DNA of 24,000 nt, taken from positions 38,690-62,689 of the forward strand of contig CAWGJK010000028.1 in assembly GCA_963822875.1 (NCBI GenBank), written 5' to 3'. The stretch comes from an uncultured Acidimicrobiia bacterium (GTDB taxonomy: Bacteria > Actinomycetota > Acidimicrobiia > Acidimicrobiales > Ilumatobacteraceae). Of the stretch, positions 1-11,203 are shown in pieces. Positions within the stretch are counted from its first letter, which is position 1, and each line of letters begins with the position of its first letter. The notes beneath the pieces were generated by a model. It worked only from the letters and a program-made list of their open reading frames with translations, searched no databases and was not told the origin of the DNA. The position numbers were made by a program, and so were the translations under genes.

Positions 1-88
1 TGCGATCGCCGTCGACGGTGACGAGCACGTCGGACTCGGCGCGATCGCCGCCGAGCCAGGCGAGCTCGCAGTGGAAGCCCTGACTCAC
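1..88 (-). CDS. Partial CDS: the N-terminal 29 codons, continuing past the window start. Product unknown; weakly reminiscent of an amidohydrolase / formimidoylglutamate deiminase N-terminus.
   Basis: GTG at 88..86 overlaps the TGA stop (87..85) of the upstream reductase in a GTGA overlap. The frame stays open to position 1. 26 of 29 codons end in G/C. Translation: VSQGFHCELAWLGGDRAESDVLVTVDGDR. Confidence 0.35.
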   Translation of the reverse strand, partial: MSQGFHCELAWLGGDRAESDVLVTVDGDR

Positions 89-882
89 GCCGCCAGGCGT
101 TCGACCAACGCCTTCTCGTCGGGGCCGAACCACGGCGGCGCGCCGGCGGCGGCGTTCTCGACCATCCGCTCGGGGCTGGTGGTGGCGGGGATCGACACGC
201 TCGTCGCCGGATGGCTGAGCCCGTACTTGAGCAACGCCTGCGGCCACGAGGTCACGCCGAACTCCGCCAGCGGTGCCAGCTCCAGGGGCGACGGGCTGCG
301 ACCGACCAAGCCGCCGGCGGCGAACGGGCGCATCAGGATGACGCCGATCCCGAGCTCGGCGGCGAGCGGCAGGATGCGCCGCTCGAGCTCGCGTTCGCGC
401 GGGTTGTACGGGACCTGCACGGCGCCGACGCGGCCGGTGCGCATCACGGCCTCCAGCTCGTCGAACGCCGACGCCTGCCAGTGCGTCGCGGCGACGATGT
501 CGACCTCGCCCCGGTCGCGGCGGGCCTCGATCTGGTCGAGCCGTGTGCGCCAACCCACGAGGTTGTGCACCTGGAGGACCTCGATGTGCCCCCCGAAGAA
601 GCGCAGCGAGGCGTCGATCTGGCGCTCCGCCTCGGTGTCGTCGGGTGTCCACACCTTCGTCGCCACGATCGCCTCGCCGCGGCGCCGGCCGAGCGTGGCC
701 CCGAGGATGCGCTCGGCGTGCCCGTACATCGGTGAGGAGTCGACGAACGAGGCGCCGGCGTCGAGCGCGGCATCGGTGACCTGCTGACGTGCGTCGTCGA
801 CCTCGGGGACGTCGAACGTCTTCGATGTGCCCATGCCGATCACGGGGACCTCGATGCCGGCGAGCGGTCGATGCTCCATCAC
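85..882 (-). CDS. Aldo/keto reductase family oxidoreductase.
   Basis: Intact 265-aa ORF with an AKR-like N-terminus (VPVIGMGTSKTF...DAGASFVDSSPMYGHAERILG) and an AKR-like C-terminal region (LLKYGLSHPATSVSIPATTSPERMVENA). Strong GC3 bias. Confidence 0.85.
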   Translation of the reverse strand: MMEHRPLAGIEVPVIGMGTSKTFDVPEVDDARQQVTDAALDAGASFVDSSPMYGHAERILGATLGRRRGEAIVATKVWTPDDTEAERQIDASLRFFGGHIEVLQVHNLVGWRTRLDQIEARRDRGEVDIVAATHWQASAFDELEAVMRTGRVGAVQVPYNPRERELERRILPLAAELGIGVILMRPFAAGGLVGRSPSPLELAPLAEFGVTSWPQALLKYGLSHPATSVSIPATTSPERMVENAAAGAPPWFGPDEKALVERLAA

Positions 883-889
883 GATGCCG

Positions 890-1465
890 TCACGACCCGA
901 TCCGGTTGACGAACTCGGTGATCCGGGCGACGAAGGCGTCGCGGTGGTGACGCTCGAACTGCTCCCACGTCGTCAGCGTCGTGGTGTCGACCACGCGGTC
1001 GAGGATACAGCTTGCCGTCGAGGTGGTCGCACTCGTGCTGGAACGTCCCGGCGGTCAGCCCCCGCTTGACCTCGTCGTGCTCGGTGCCGTCGCGGTCGAG
1101 CCAGCGCACGCGGATGTTCACGTGGCGCATCACGTTGCCGCGCAGGTTGGGAACGGACAGGCAGCCCTCGTTGATCTCGACCAGCTCGTCGTCGAGCGGT
1201 TCGATCACCGGGTTGACGACGACGGTGAGCGGGATGGGTGGCTTGTACGGGTATCGCGGGTTGTGGTCGACCTCGATGACGGCGACACGCACGGGCTCGT
1301 GCACCTGGTTGGCTGCGATCCCGGCGCCGTTCGCATCGTGCATCGTGTCGATGAGGTCGTCGATGAGCCGCTGGATCTCGTCGCCCTGCAGCTCCTCGGG
1401 CGTGATCTCGCGGGCGCGCTGACGCAGGACGGGTGGCCGACCGTGGCGATCTTGCGGATCGTCAT
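890..1465 (-). pseudogene. def: Peptide deformylase with the reading frame broken twice: an apparent 1-nt deletion near 1430 and a 1-nt insertion near 1006. Either a pseudogene or a sequence error.
   Basis: All three deformylase motifs (GAGIAANQV, EGCLSVP, QHECDHLDG) lie in the frame of ORF 879..1817. The N-terminus [12 protein letters not shown] lies in the frame of ORF 1205..1561. After HLDGKL the plausible C-terminus FLDRVVDTTTLTTWEQFERHHRDAFVARITEFVNRIGS* returns to that same frame (stop 892..890). ATG 1465 overlaps the upstream stop (ATGA). Confidence 0.85.
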
Positions 1466-2246
1466 GCCGCTGCCCACAGCACGGGGAACAGGTGGTGGTC
1501 CATCGGCGCGCCTGCCGGCAGCTCGTCGGCGAGGCCGTCGAACGGTGGCGATGTGGTCCACGGTCGCGGGGCGTGGACGATGTCATCGCCGAGGAAGCGC
1601 AGTGACAGCACGCGCCGGCGGGTCGTGCCTGGCACGCCGCCCGCGGCGTGCAACGTGAGCATGTGGAAGAAGATGGCATCGCCGGGCTCGAGCTCCCAGC
1701 CGATGATCCGGAACTCGTCGGGCCGGCCGTCGACGTCGGGGAGCTCGGCGAGTGTGCCGTCCGGGAACCACTTCGCCTGATCGTCGAGGAACGACCGCGG
1801 CATGTACCACTCGCCACGGTGCGAGCCGGCGACGAACTGCAATGTCGACTCGTAGGACACGGGGTCGACGGGGAACCACATGCTGGCGTTCTGCCGACCG
1901 TCGATGTTGTAGTACGGCTGGTCCTGGTGCCACGGGGTGCGCTGGCGAGTGCCCGGCTCCTTCACCAGCACGTGGTCGTGGTACAGCCGGACCGTGCTGG
2001 CACCCATCAGACGCCCGGCGATGGCGGCGGCGCCGGACTCCCGGGCGAAGCGCTCGATCGCCGGCAGCCGCTGCCAGTTGCAGAAGTCCTCGACGAACGC
2101 GCCGTCGTCGCCGCTGCTCGCCCGCTTGGCGAGCGGCGAGAGGTCGTCGAGGTTGGCGTCGATCGCCGCCCGTGCCAGCTCGACGTACTCGTCGGAGATC
2201 GCGTCGCGCACGCAGACCGCCCCGTCGTGATGAAAGTCGCCCTCGA

Positions 2247-2250
<4 letters not shown>
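1462..2250 (-). CDS. Phytanoyl-CoA dioxygenase (PhyH) family Fe(II)/2-oxoglutarate-dependent oxygenase.
   Basis: This is the C-terminal 262 codons of ORF 1462..3738. It has PhyH-like sequence ([39 protein letters not shown]). The GTG start at 2250 overlaps the hutU stop (GTGA). The upstream part of the long ORF is an Arg/Pro-rich out-of-frame readthrough across hutU. Confidence 0.8.
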
Positions 2251-3908
<1,658 letters not shown>

Positions 3909-3946
3909 GTCGTCACTGTTCCACACCCGGCTGCCATGCTCGCTCG

Positions 3947-5038
3947 GTGACCGTCGAGGAATTCACGGTGGCCGCGCGCGACTGGCTGGACGCCAACCGT
4001 GACGTTGCGCCGCCCGACTACGGCGCCATCTGCCCACCCGAGCTGATCGACGCCGGCGTGGCGTGGCAGCGGCGGCTGCTCGAGGCCGGCTATGCCGGGA
4101 TCCACTGGCCCGTCGAGCACGGCGGCCGCGGGTTGAGCGAGGACCACCAGGCAACGTGGCTGGTCGAGTGCGCCCGCGCCGGGGTGCCGCCGGTGCTGAA
4201 CATGGTCGGGCTCGTGCTCGCCGGTGGGGCGATCCTGCGCTACGGCACGCCGGCGCAGCAGGACCAGCACCTGCGCGCCACGCTCGGCGCCGACCACGTG
4301 TGGTGCCAGCTGTTCTCCGAGCCAGGCGCCGGTAGCGACCTCGGATCGCTCGCCACGCGGGCCGAGCAGGACGGCGACCACTTCGTCGTCAACGGCCAGA
4401 AGGTGTGGTGCTCCGGCGGACGGGTGAGCAACTGGGGCATCCTCATGGCGCGCACCGATCCCGACGCGCGCAAGCACGACGGCATCTCCTTCTTCCTCTG
4501 CCCGATGGACCTGCCGGGCATCGACGTGCGACCGCTGCGCCAGATGACCGGCTCGGCCGAGTTCGACGAGGTGTTCTTCACCGACGTCTCACTGCCGGCC
4601 GACCTGTTGCTCGGGCCGCTGCACGGCGGGTGGGGCGTCGGGATGAGCGTGCTGATGAACGAGCGCGGGCACATCGGCACGGCCGTGATCTCCCTCGAGC
4701 GGCGGCTGGCGCAGATCAGCTCGCTGGGCAGCGACCGCCAGCTCGACGACGTGGCGCGCCAGCGGCTGGCGTCACTCGTTGGCGCCGGGACCGCCTACCG
4801 GTCGCTCGCCCAGCGTGGCGCGTCGGGCTCGCTGCTCAAGCTCGGCATCACCGAGATGATGTTCGACGTGGCCATGCTGCGCGCCGAGACGGCCGGTGCC
4901 GGGGCGATGCTCGACGGCCCCGACGCGGCCGGCATGTTGGCCGCGCCGGGCGGCCGCATCGCCGGCGGCACCAGCCAGATCCAGCGCACGATCATCGGTG
5001 AGCGCCTGCTCGGACTCCCCCGCGAACCGAAGGGCTGA
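3947..5038 (+). CDS. Acyl-CoA dehydrogenase family protein.
   Basis: Intact 363-aa ORF with a GTG start. ACAD-like motifs are present ([47 protein letters not shown]). It is divergent from hutU and convergent with hutH. Confidence 0.85.
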   Translation: MTVEEFTVAARDWLDANRDVAPPDYGAICPPELIDAGVAWQRRLLEAGYAGIHWPVEHGGRGLSEDHQATWLVECARAGVPPVLNMVGLVLAGGAILRYGTPAQQDQHLRATLGADHVWCQLFSEPGAGSDLGSLATRAEQDGDHFVVNGQKVWCSGGRVSNWGILMARTDPDARKHDGISFFLCPMDLPGIDVRPLRQMTGSAEFDEVFFTDVSLPADLLLGPLHGGWGVGMSVLMNERGHIGTAVISLERRLAQISSLGSDRQLDDVARQRLASLVGAGTAYRSLAQRGASGSLLKLGITEMMFDVAMLRAETAGAGAMLDGPDAAGMLAAPGGRIAGGTSQIQRTIIGERLLGLPREPKG

Positions 5039-5039
5039 G

Positions 5040-6573
5040 TCAGCGCAGCGTGACGCCCGCGGCGTCGACGATCGAGCCGTCGGCGACGAGCCGCTCGACA
5101 GCGGCGAGCCGCGGCGACAGCCACTGGTCGGGCCCGGGCCCGCCGGCGGCTGCGGCGACCGCATCGGCCACCGCGCCGGTCGCCACCGCAGGCTGGAGCG
5201 GCCGGCGCAGCTCCAGTCCCCACGTGCCGGCGACCAGCTCGACGGCGAGGATGCGGGTCAGGTTGGCGACGGCCGTGCGCAGCTTGCGCGCCGACGCCCA
5301 CCCGAGCGACACGTGGTCCTCTTGCATCGCGCTGGTCGGCAGCGTGTCGGTGCTCGCCGGCACGGCGAGACGGCGGTTCTCGGCAACCATCGCCGCCTGC
5401 GTGTAATGGCCGATCATCAACCCGGAGTTGACCCCGGCGTCCGGTGAGAGGAACGGCGGCAGGCCGTGCGAGCGGGCGTGGTCGAGCAGGCGGTCGGTGC
5501 GCCGCTCGCTGATCGCCCCGACGTCGGCGACGGCGATGGCGAGGAAGTCGGCCACGGCGGCGACCGGCGCGCCGTGGAAGTTCCCGCACGACTCGACGCG
5601 GCCATCCGGCAGCACGACCGGGTTGTCGATGAACGAGACCAGTTCGCGGTCGGCGACCGCCCTGGCGTGCTCGACGGTGTCGCGAGCCGCGCCGTGGACC
5701 TGCGGCGTGCAGCGCAGCGAGTAGGCGTCCTGCACGCGGTCGTCGCCGTAGCGGTGGCTGGCGACGAGCGGCGAACCGTCGAGCAGGGCGCGCAGGTTCG
5801 CCGCGCTGACGGCCTGGCCAACCTGCGGGCGCATTGCCAGGAGGTCCTCGGCGAAGGCGCGGTCGGTGCCGAGCAGCGCTTCGGTGGACATCGCCGCGGC
5901 GGTGTCAGCGGTGCGCAGCAGCACGTCGAGATCGGTGAGCGCCAGCACGAGCATGCCGAGCATCCCGTCGGTGCCGTTGATCAGCGCCAGACCCTCCTTG
6001 GCGCGCAGCGTGAGTGGTGCCTCGCCGGCAGTCGTCGAGCGCGGTCGCTCCGTCGACCAACATGCCGTCGGCCAGGCGCGCCTCGCCCTCGCCGAGCAGC
6101 ACGAGCGCCGCCGATGCCAGCGGGGCGAGGTCGCCGCTGGCACCGAGCGAGCCGTGTTCGCGCACCACCGGCGTGACGCCCGCGTTCAGCAGGGCGAGCA
6201 TGGTGTCGATCACGAGGGGGCGGGCGCCGGAGTAGCCCATCGCCAGGCTGCGGGCGCGCAGCAGCATCATCGCCCGGATCGCCTCCCGCTCGATCTCCTG
6301 TCCCATGCCGGCGGCGTGCGAGCGGATGAGCGCCGTCTGCAGCTCGGCCGAGCGCTCGGGCGGGATCACCGTGTTGGCCAGCGCACCGAAGCCGGTGGAC
6401 ACGCCGTAGACCGGCTCGGGCTGGTGCACGAGGCGCTCGACCACGGCGGCGCCGCGCTCCACGACCGCTCGTGCCTCCTCGCCGAGCACCACTCGGCGAT
6501 CGTTGCGAGCGACGTCCACGACGTCCGCGGCCGTGACGCCGTGCGGGCCGAGCACCAGCGGCGAGTCGGTCAC
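5040..6573 (-). pseudogene. hutH: Histidine ammonia-lyase with the reading frame broken once near 6031 (apparent 1-nt insertion).
   Basis: The N-terminal ~181 aa, including the MIO-forming GASGDLAPLA motif, lie in the frame of ORF 5905..7530. The remainder (EAPLTLRAKEGLALINGTDG ... SAMQEDHVSLG) lies in ORF 5040..6143. The junction reads ATALDD / (T)AGEAPLTL. The span is 1534 nt, which is 3n+1. The GTG start at 6573 overlaps the upstream stop (GTGA). Confidence 0.88.
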
Positions 6574-7071
6574 GCGTGTCTCTTGACGCCGCCGTACTTC
6601 ATCCGCGTGTCGCTCATCGCCGCAGCACGCGCCTCGTCGTCGACGACGCCGGCGTCGACCACCTCGCCGATGAACAGCGTGTGCGTGCCGAGGTCGTGGG
6701 CAGCGCGCACCGCGCAGTCGAGCCAGGCGATGGCCTCGACGAAGATCGGCGCGCCCGTCGGTCCCTCGCGGACGGCCCGGCCGTTCAGCGTCATCGCCTC
6801 CGGGTCGAACGCCGCCGGCTTGGAGAACTTGACGAACACCTTGGTGTCGTCCGCCGACCACAGGTTGACGCTGAACGAGCCGCCGGCCGTGATCAGGCGG
6901 TGGGTGACGGCCCGGTTGTCGACGCCGACGCCGACGAGCACCGGCTCCATCGACAGCTGGCGTGATCCAGCTCGTCGTCATCCCGTTCCACTCGTCGCCC
7001 GCCCGGGACCCGACGAGCGCCAGCGCGTTGGGGATCTTCCACGTGACCCGGTTGAGCAACTCGTCGTCCAC
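6570..7071 (-). pseudogene. Flavin reductase-like (FMN-binding split-barrel) protein with the reading frame broken near 6960 (apparent 1-nt insertion in a CC run).
   Basis: The C-terminal 126 aa form ORF 6570..6950 (MEPVLVGVGVDNRAVTHRLI...FIGEVVDAG). The N-terminal part, VDDELLNRVTWKIPNALALVGSRAGDEWNGMTTSWIT, is in the frame of ORF 5905..7530. Removing one C restores ...SWITQLSMEPVLV. The span is 502 nt, which is 3n+1. The start codon (GTG 7071) is uncertain. Confidence 0.7.
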
Positions 7072-7096
7072 CCGCCCGAGCGTACGGCGACGCAAC

Positions 7097-7139
7097 CTGG
7101 GCGGGATCCTCGCCGGCGTCCGGCGAGGATCCCGCCCAG
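7097..7139 (-). terminator. Perfect 20-bp inverted repeat with a 3-nt loop. Likely an intrinsic (I-shaped, no U-tract) terminator after the ABC exporter operon.
   Basis: CTGGGCGGGATCCTCGCCGG (7097-7116), cgt, CCGGCGAGGATCCCGCCCAG (7120-7139). It lies 40 nt downstream of the ABC gene stop at 7179 on the minus strand and upstream of the flavin reductase start. Confidence 0.55.
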
Positions 7140-7178
7140 AAGGAGGACTGGCGAAGATCCCGCCCAGATGTCGCCCGC

Positions 7179-8969
7179 TCAGCGGTAGGCGCCGGCTTGG
7201 ATGGCGAAGAGCTCGGCGTACTGGCCGCCGCGGGCGATCAGCTCCTCGTGGCGACCGGACTCGACGACGCGCGCACCGTCCATCACGATGATGAGATCGG
7301 CCATGCGCACGGTGGAGAAGCGGTGCGAGACGAGCACGGTCACCCGCCCGTCGCCCGCACCGTCGCGGGACGCGTCGGCGTAGCGCTCGAACAGGGCGTG
7401 CTCGGTCTCCGCGTCGAGCGCCGCGGTCGGCTCGTCGAGCACGAGCACCAGCGGCTCGTCGCGCATGAACCCACGCGCCAGCGCCAGCTTCTGCCACTGC
7501 CCGAACGACACCTCGACGCCCTCGTCCCACGTCGGGCCGAGTTGCGTCGCCAAGCCGGATGGCAGCCGCTCGACGACGTCCTCGGCGCCGGCCCGGCCGA
7601 CCGCGCCGGCGACGGCGGGCTCGTCGTCGAGGCGCGGCTCGTCACCCACGCCGACGCTGTGGCCGGCGCGCAGCTCGAAGCGGAAGAAGTCCTGGAACGC
7701 CCCGGCCAGGCGCGATCGCCACGCCGGCGTGGAGATGGTCGCCAGGTCGACGCCCTCGACCGTGATGCGTCCCGACGTCGGCCGGTACATCCCGGCGAGC
7801 AGCTTGACCATGGTCGTCTTGCCGGCGCCGTTCTCACCGACGATGGCGACGACGGTGCCAGCCGGGAGCAGCACGTCGACGCCGTCGAGTGCCAGCCGTT
7901 CACTACCGGGATAGCGGAACGACACGTGCTCGAACCGGATGCCCTCCGTCAGCCGATCCGGCGGTTGTGACGTCGCCTGCTGCTCCAGCGCCGCGGCGTA
8001 GTCCTCCAGCCACGTGAGGCGCAGCGACGAGTCGAGCCACACGCCGCGCAGGAACCCCAGCTCGGTCACCGTCTGGGCGATGTACTGCGACAGGCGCTGG
8101 CCGGCCACGACGACGAGCACGATGTCGCCGACACTGCGATCGAGGCCACGCGCCACCCAGGCGATGCCGATCGCGTAGGCGAAGCCGAACAGTGCCCACG
8201 CCAGCGAGGTCCAGAACGCCGACACCGCCCTGGCCCTGGCGATCGGGGCCAGCCACTGCTCGCGCTCGTCGATCCGCCGGGTGCGCAGGTCGCGGCCGAT
8301 GCCGGTGACGCGCACCTCCTTGGCCGGTGCCGGCGTGGTGCCGACGACGAACAGGTGGCGGGCGAGACGGTCGTGCGCGGCCACCGACTCCTCGACGGCG
8401 CGCTCGACACCGGGCCGCCACACCGACGTGAGCACGGCCGGGATGCCGGCGGCGAGCAGCAGCACGAGCGCCGGGTGGATGGTCGCCAGCAGCAGGGCGG
8501 TGATCACGAGCCGGGAGATCCACGCGAGGTTGCTGAGCAGCGAGGAGAAGAGGTGGTCGAGGGCGAACGACTGGTTGCGCAGGACGGCGAGGCGGTCGAG
8601 GTACTCCGGTCGCTCCTGGTGCTCGATCGTCGGCACCGAAGCCTGGAGGTGGGCGATGTGCGCCTCGATGGCGATCGCCAGGCGATCGCGGAACCGGCGC
8701 TGCAGCCGCTGGTTCAGGACGTTGATGTACCAGGTGAGCGTTGCCGAGATGCCGAGACCGATCGCCGCCACCCTGATGGCCGTCGTGTCGCCGTCGAGGA
8801 CGCCGTCGGTGAGCAGCTTGAACCACAGCGCCAGCAGCGCGTCGGGCAGCATCATCACGAGCGTCGTGGCCAGCGACGCCAGCAGCAGCCGCGGCTCGGC
8901 GCGGTAGCCGAACGTGAACGTCCGCCACAGCGCCGGGATCGCCCGCGGCAAGTCAGTCGAGCGACTCAT
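7179..8969 (-). CDS. ABC exporter, fused permease/ATP-binding subunit, with a degenerate signature motif.
   Basis: Intact 596-aa ORF. It has an N-terminal TM-rich half, Walker A GENGAGKTT, Walker B LVLVLDEPTAALD and H-loop SHRF. The signature reads VSFGQWQ instead of LSGGQ. Confidence 0.9.
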   Translation of the reverse strand: MSRSTDLPRAIPALWRTFTFGYRAEPRLLLASLATTLVMMLPDALLALWFKLLTDGVLDGDTTAIRVAAIGLGISATLTWYINVLNQRLQRRFRDRLAIAIEAHIAHLQASVPTIEHQERPEYLDRLAVLRNQSFALDHLFSSLLSNLAWISRLVITALLLATIHPALVLLLAAGIPAVLTSVWRPGVERAVEESVAAHDRLARHLFVVGTTPAPAKEVRVTGIGRDLRTRRIDEREQWLAPIARARAVSAFWTSLAWALFGFAYAIGIAWVARGLDRSVGDIVLVVVAGQRLSQYIAQTVTELGFLRGVWLDSSLRLTWLEDYAAALEQQATSQPPDRLTEGIRFEHVSFRYPGSERLALDGVDVLLPAGTVVAIVGENGAGKTTMVKLLAGMYRPTSGRITVEGVDLATISTPAWRSRLAGAFQDFFRFELRAGHSVGVGDEPRLDDEPAVAGAVGRAGAEDVVERLPSGLATQLGPTWDEGVEVSFGQWQKLALARGFMRDEPLVLVLDEPTAALDAETEHALFERYADASRDGAGDGRVTVLVSHRFSTVRMADLIIVMDGARVVESGRHEELIARGGQYAELFAIQAGAYR

Positions 8970-10758
8970 AGACCACCTCCTCCCCGGCCTCGTCGAGCTC
9001 GACGAAGCGCGACGCCTGGAGGTCGAACATCGTGCGATAGCGCCCGCCGCGCGCGATCAGCTCGTCGTGCGTGCCGAGCTCGACGACGGCGCCGTGTTCG
9101 AGCACGCAGATCTGGTCGGCCTGGCGCACGGTCGAGAAGCGGTGGGAGATCAGGATCGTGGTGCGGCCGCGCGTCGCCTCGAGGATGCGCCCGAAGATCT
9201 CCGCCTCGCCGCGCACGTCGAGCTGCGCCGTCGGCTCGTCGAGCAGCACGACCCCGGCACCGGCGCGCACGGCGCACAGTGCCCTGGCGAGGGCGACCCG
9301 TTGCCACTGACCCCCCGACAGGTCGGTGCCGCCCGGGTAGCCCTTCGCCAGGACGGTGTCGAGGTCGGCGAGGTCGTGGGCACCGGCACCGGCCAGCGCA
9401 GCGGCGACGTCGTCGTCGGAGCCGCCGCCGGGGGCGACGTTCTCGCGCAGCGCCAGCTCGAAGCGGACGAAGTCCTGGAACACCGCCGTCACCCGCTGAC
9501 GCCAGCCGGCGAGGTCGAGCCGGCGCAGGTCGACGCCGTCGACCTCGACGGCGCCGCTGACCGGGTCGTAGAGCCGGCACAGCAACTTGGCCAGCGTCGT
9601 CTTGCCGGCGCCGTTCTGGCCGACGATCGCCATCGACCGTCCGGCGGGGATCGTCAGGTCGAGCCCGTCGAGAACGAGCGGACCACCGGGGTAGCCGAAG
9701 CTGAGGTCGCGCAGGCGGATCTCCGGGCCGTGCCCGGCCGCCGGTGGCGGCAGCGTGCCGGCCTCCAGCGCGCCGGCCGGCGGCATGACGTCCTCCAGCC
9801 GGGCGACCGCGGCGGCCGGCGCGGCAGCACCGTCGAGCGCCCAGTTGAGCCCGCCGAAGGCGATCGCGCTGACCCCGACGGCTGCCTGCAGGGCGACGAT
9901 CGCCGCCGCCAGGCTCAACCGCCCATCGGCCGCGCGGGCGCCGAGCGACCAGAACACGACGAGGTTGGCGACGAGCACGATCGCCACGCACCCCAGCACC
10001 GACTTCTCGCGCAGGCGCGTCGCCTCGTACTGCAGGTCGTAGAGCCGGCGGCGGTGGGACGTGAAGCGCTCGATCACCCAGTCGGCCAGGCCGAACAGGC
10101 GCACCTCCTTGGCGGCCGGCGGATCGACCGCCATGCGGTAGGCGTACTCGGCGTGGCGCTCGGCGTGCAGCACCTCGGGCGTGCGGCGGTCGCGCCAGAT
10201 GGCGCTCTCGCGCAGCAGCCAGTGCGTGGCCGACCAGGCGAGCACGAGCAGCAGCGCCTGCCACCACCCGTACCAGGCGAGCACGATGGCCGAGGCGATG
10301 CCGGTGAACAGGCCGACGAAGCCGTCGGCGATGAAGTTCATGGCGTAGGAGAGCGGCGGGCCGGTGATCCCGAGGTCGAAGTCTCGGGCCATCGTCAGGT
10401 CGTCGGTGAGGTCGGACCGTTCGAGGTGGGCGACGCCTGACGGCTCGACCGTCGCCGCCATCAGGCGGTCGTTCAGCGACGTCGCCGTGCGCTCACCGAG
10501 GTTCGAGCCGACCACCTCGTGCAGCGGGCCGACGACCTGGGCGGCGACGAAGACAACGGCAAGGGCGACGAGCGGCGCGGTGAGCGGCTCGCCGTCGGTG
10601 ACGGCGGCGATCAGCCAGCCCGATGCGACGGCGATCAGCGCGGGCAGCGCGCCACGCACGACGAGGCCGGCCCACCAGACCACTGACTGCGACGGCGCGG
10701 CGCGGAAGAGCGCACCGAACAGGATCCACTCCTGGCGCCGGCGCAGGCGTTCGATCAT
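8953..10758 (-). CDS. ABC exporter, fused permease/ATP-binding subunit, with canonical motifs.
   Basis: Intact 601-aa ORF. It has Walker A GQNGAGKTT, signature LSGGQWQRVALAR, Walker B VVLLDEPTAQLD and H-loop SHRF. It overlaps the downstream ABC gene by 17 nt. Confidence 0.9.
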   Translation of the reverse strand: MIERLRRRQEWILFGALFRAAPSQSVVWWAGLVVRGALPALIAVASGWLIAAVTDGEPLTAPLVALAVVFVAAQVVGPLHEVVGSNLGERTATSLNDRLMAATVEPSGVAHLERSDLTDDLTMARDFDLGITGPPLSYAMNFIADGFVGLFTGIASAIVLAWYGWWQALLLVLAWSATHWLLRESAIWRDRRTPEVLHAERHAEYAYRMAVDPPAAKEVRLFGLADWVIERFTSHRRRLYDLQYEATRLREKSVLGCVAIVLVANLVVFWSLGARAADGRLSLAAAIVALQAAVGVSAIAFGGLNWALDGAAAPAAAVARLEDVMPPAGALEAGTLPPPAAGHGPEIRLRDLSFGYPGGPLVLDGLDLTIPAGRSMAIVGQNGAGKTTLAKLLCRLYDPVSGAVEVDGVDLRRLDLAGWRQRVTAVFQDFVRFELALRENVAPGGGSDDDVAAALAGAGAHDLADLDTVLAKGYPGGTDLSGGQWQRVALARALCAVRAGAGVVLLDEPTAQLDVRGEAEIFGRILEATRGRTTILISHRFSTVRQADQICVLEHGAVVELGTHDELIARGGRYRTMFDLQASRFVELDEAGEEVVYESLD

Positions 10759-11129
10759 GACGGATCCAGCGGCAGCACCTCACCCCATGCCTGCTCGCCT
10801 CCCGACGGCTCGGCGTAGATGGCCAGTGCCCCGACGGGTTGGTCACGGGCATCGGTGAGGAACACGAAGCGCGCCGGCAGGGTGCGCTCGCTGCCGTCGG
10901 CGTGGATGACCGGCAGGTTGGTGGCGGCGCGGTCGAGGCGGCACTCGCCGGTCGCCATCGCCCGCCGGAACGCCGACCAGTGCCGCTGCCGGTAGGCCTC
11001 CGGCACGATCAGGTCGAGCGAGCGACCGATGGCATCGGCGGCACGGTGGCCGAGCAACGTCTCGGCACCGTCGTTCCACGCCGTGATCGTGCCCTCGGTG
11101 TCTGCCTGGACGACGGCGGCGATCCCCAT
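10755..11129 (-). CDS. Stand-alone PAS domain protein.
   Basis: Intact 124-aa ORF with a PAS S-box-like sequence (GTITAWNDGAETLLGHRAADAIGRSLDLIVPE). Its stop overlaps the ABC gene start (ATGA at 10755-10758). Confidence 0.75.
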   Translation of the reverse strand: MGIAAVVQADTEGTITAWNDGAETLLGHRAADAIGRSLDLIVPEAYRQRHWSAFRRAMATGECRLDRAATNLPVIHADGSERTLPARFVFLTDARDQPVGALAIYAEPSGGEQAWGEVLPLDPS

Positions 11130-11166
11130 GGCGCCATGATGCTCCGTGGGTGCGCGCCCGCCTTGT

Positions 11167-11198
11167 ACGAATGGACGAATGGACGAATGGACGAATGG
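11167..11198. repeat. Perfect tandem octamer repeat (ACGAATGG) x4.
   Basis: Read directly: four contiguous identical 8-mers at 11167-11174, 11175-11182, 11183-11190 and 11191-11198. The repeat sits in the 74-bp divergent intergenic region between the PAS gene start (11129) and the SDR start (11204). It abuts the GGGAGGG Shine-Dalgarno sequence. Confidence 0.95.
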
Positions 11199-11203
11199 GA
11201 GGG

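Noticed and set aside
7097-7167. The 20-bp palindrome as a MITE or insertion-sequence end.
   Set aside because: Within this window it is single-copy. I saw no flanking direct duplication and no associated transposase. Its position immediately after an operon stop fits a terminator better.
8355-10440. Plus-strand ORFs of 401 aa and 508 aa across the ABC transporter genes.
   Set aside because: They are antisense shadows of two intact ABC exporter genes. The translation is Arg-rich and low complexity.
11167-11198. The octamer tandem repeat as a CRISPR array or a coding repeat. The plus-frame ORFs translate it as MDEWTNGRMDEW.
   Set aside because: The units are contiguous with no spacers and are only 8 bp long. 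The ORFs spanning the repeat are upstream extensions in front of the SDR start and have no coding signature.
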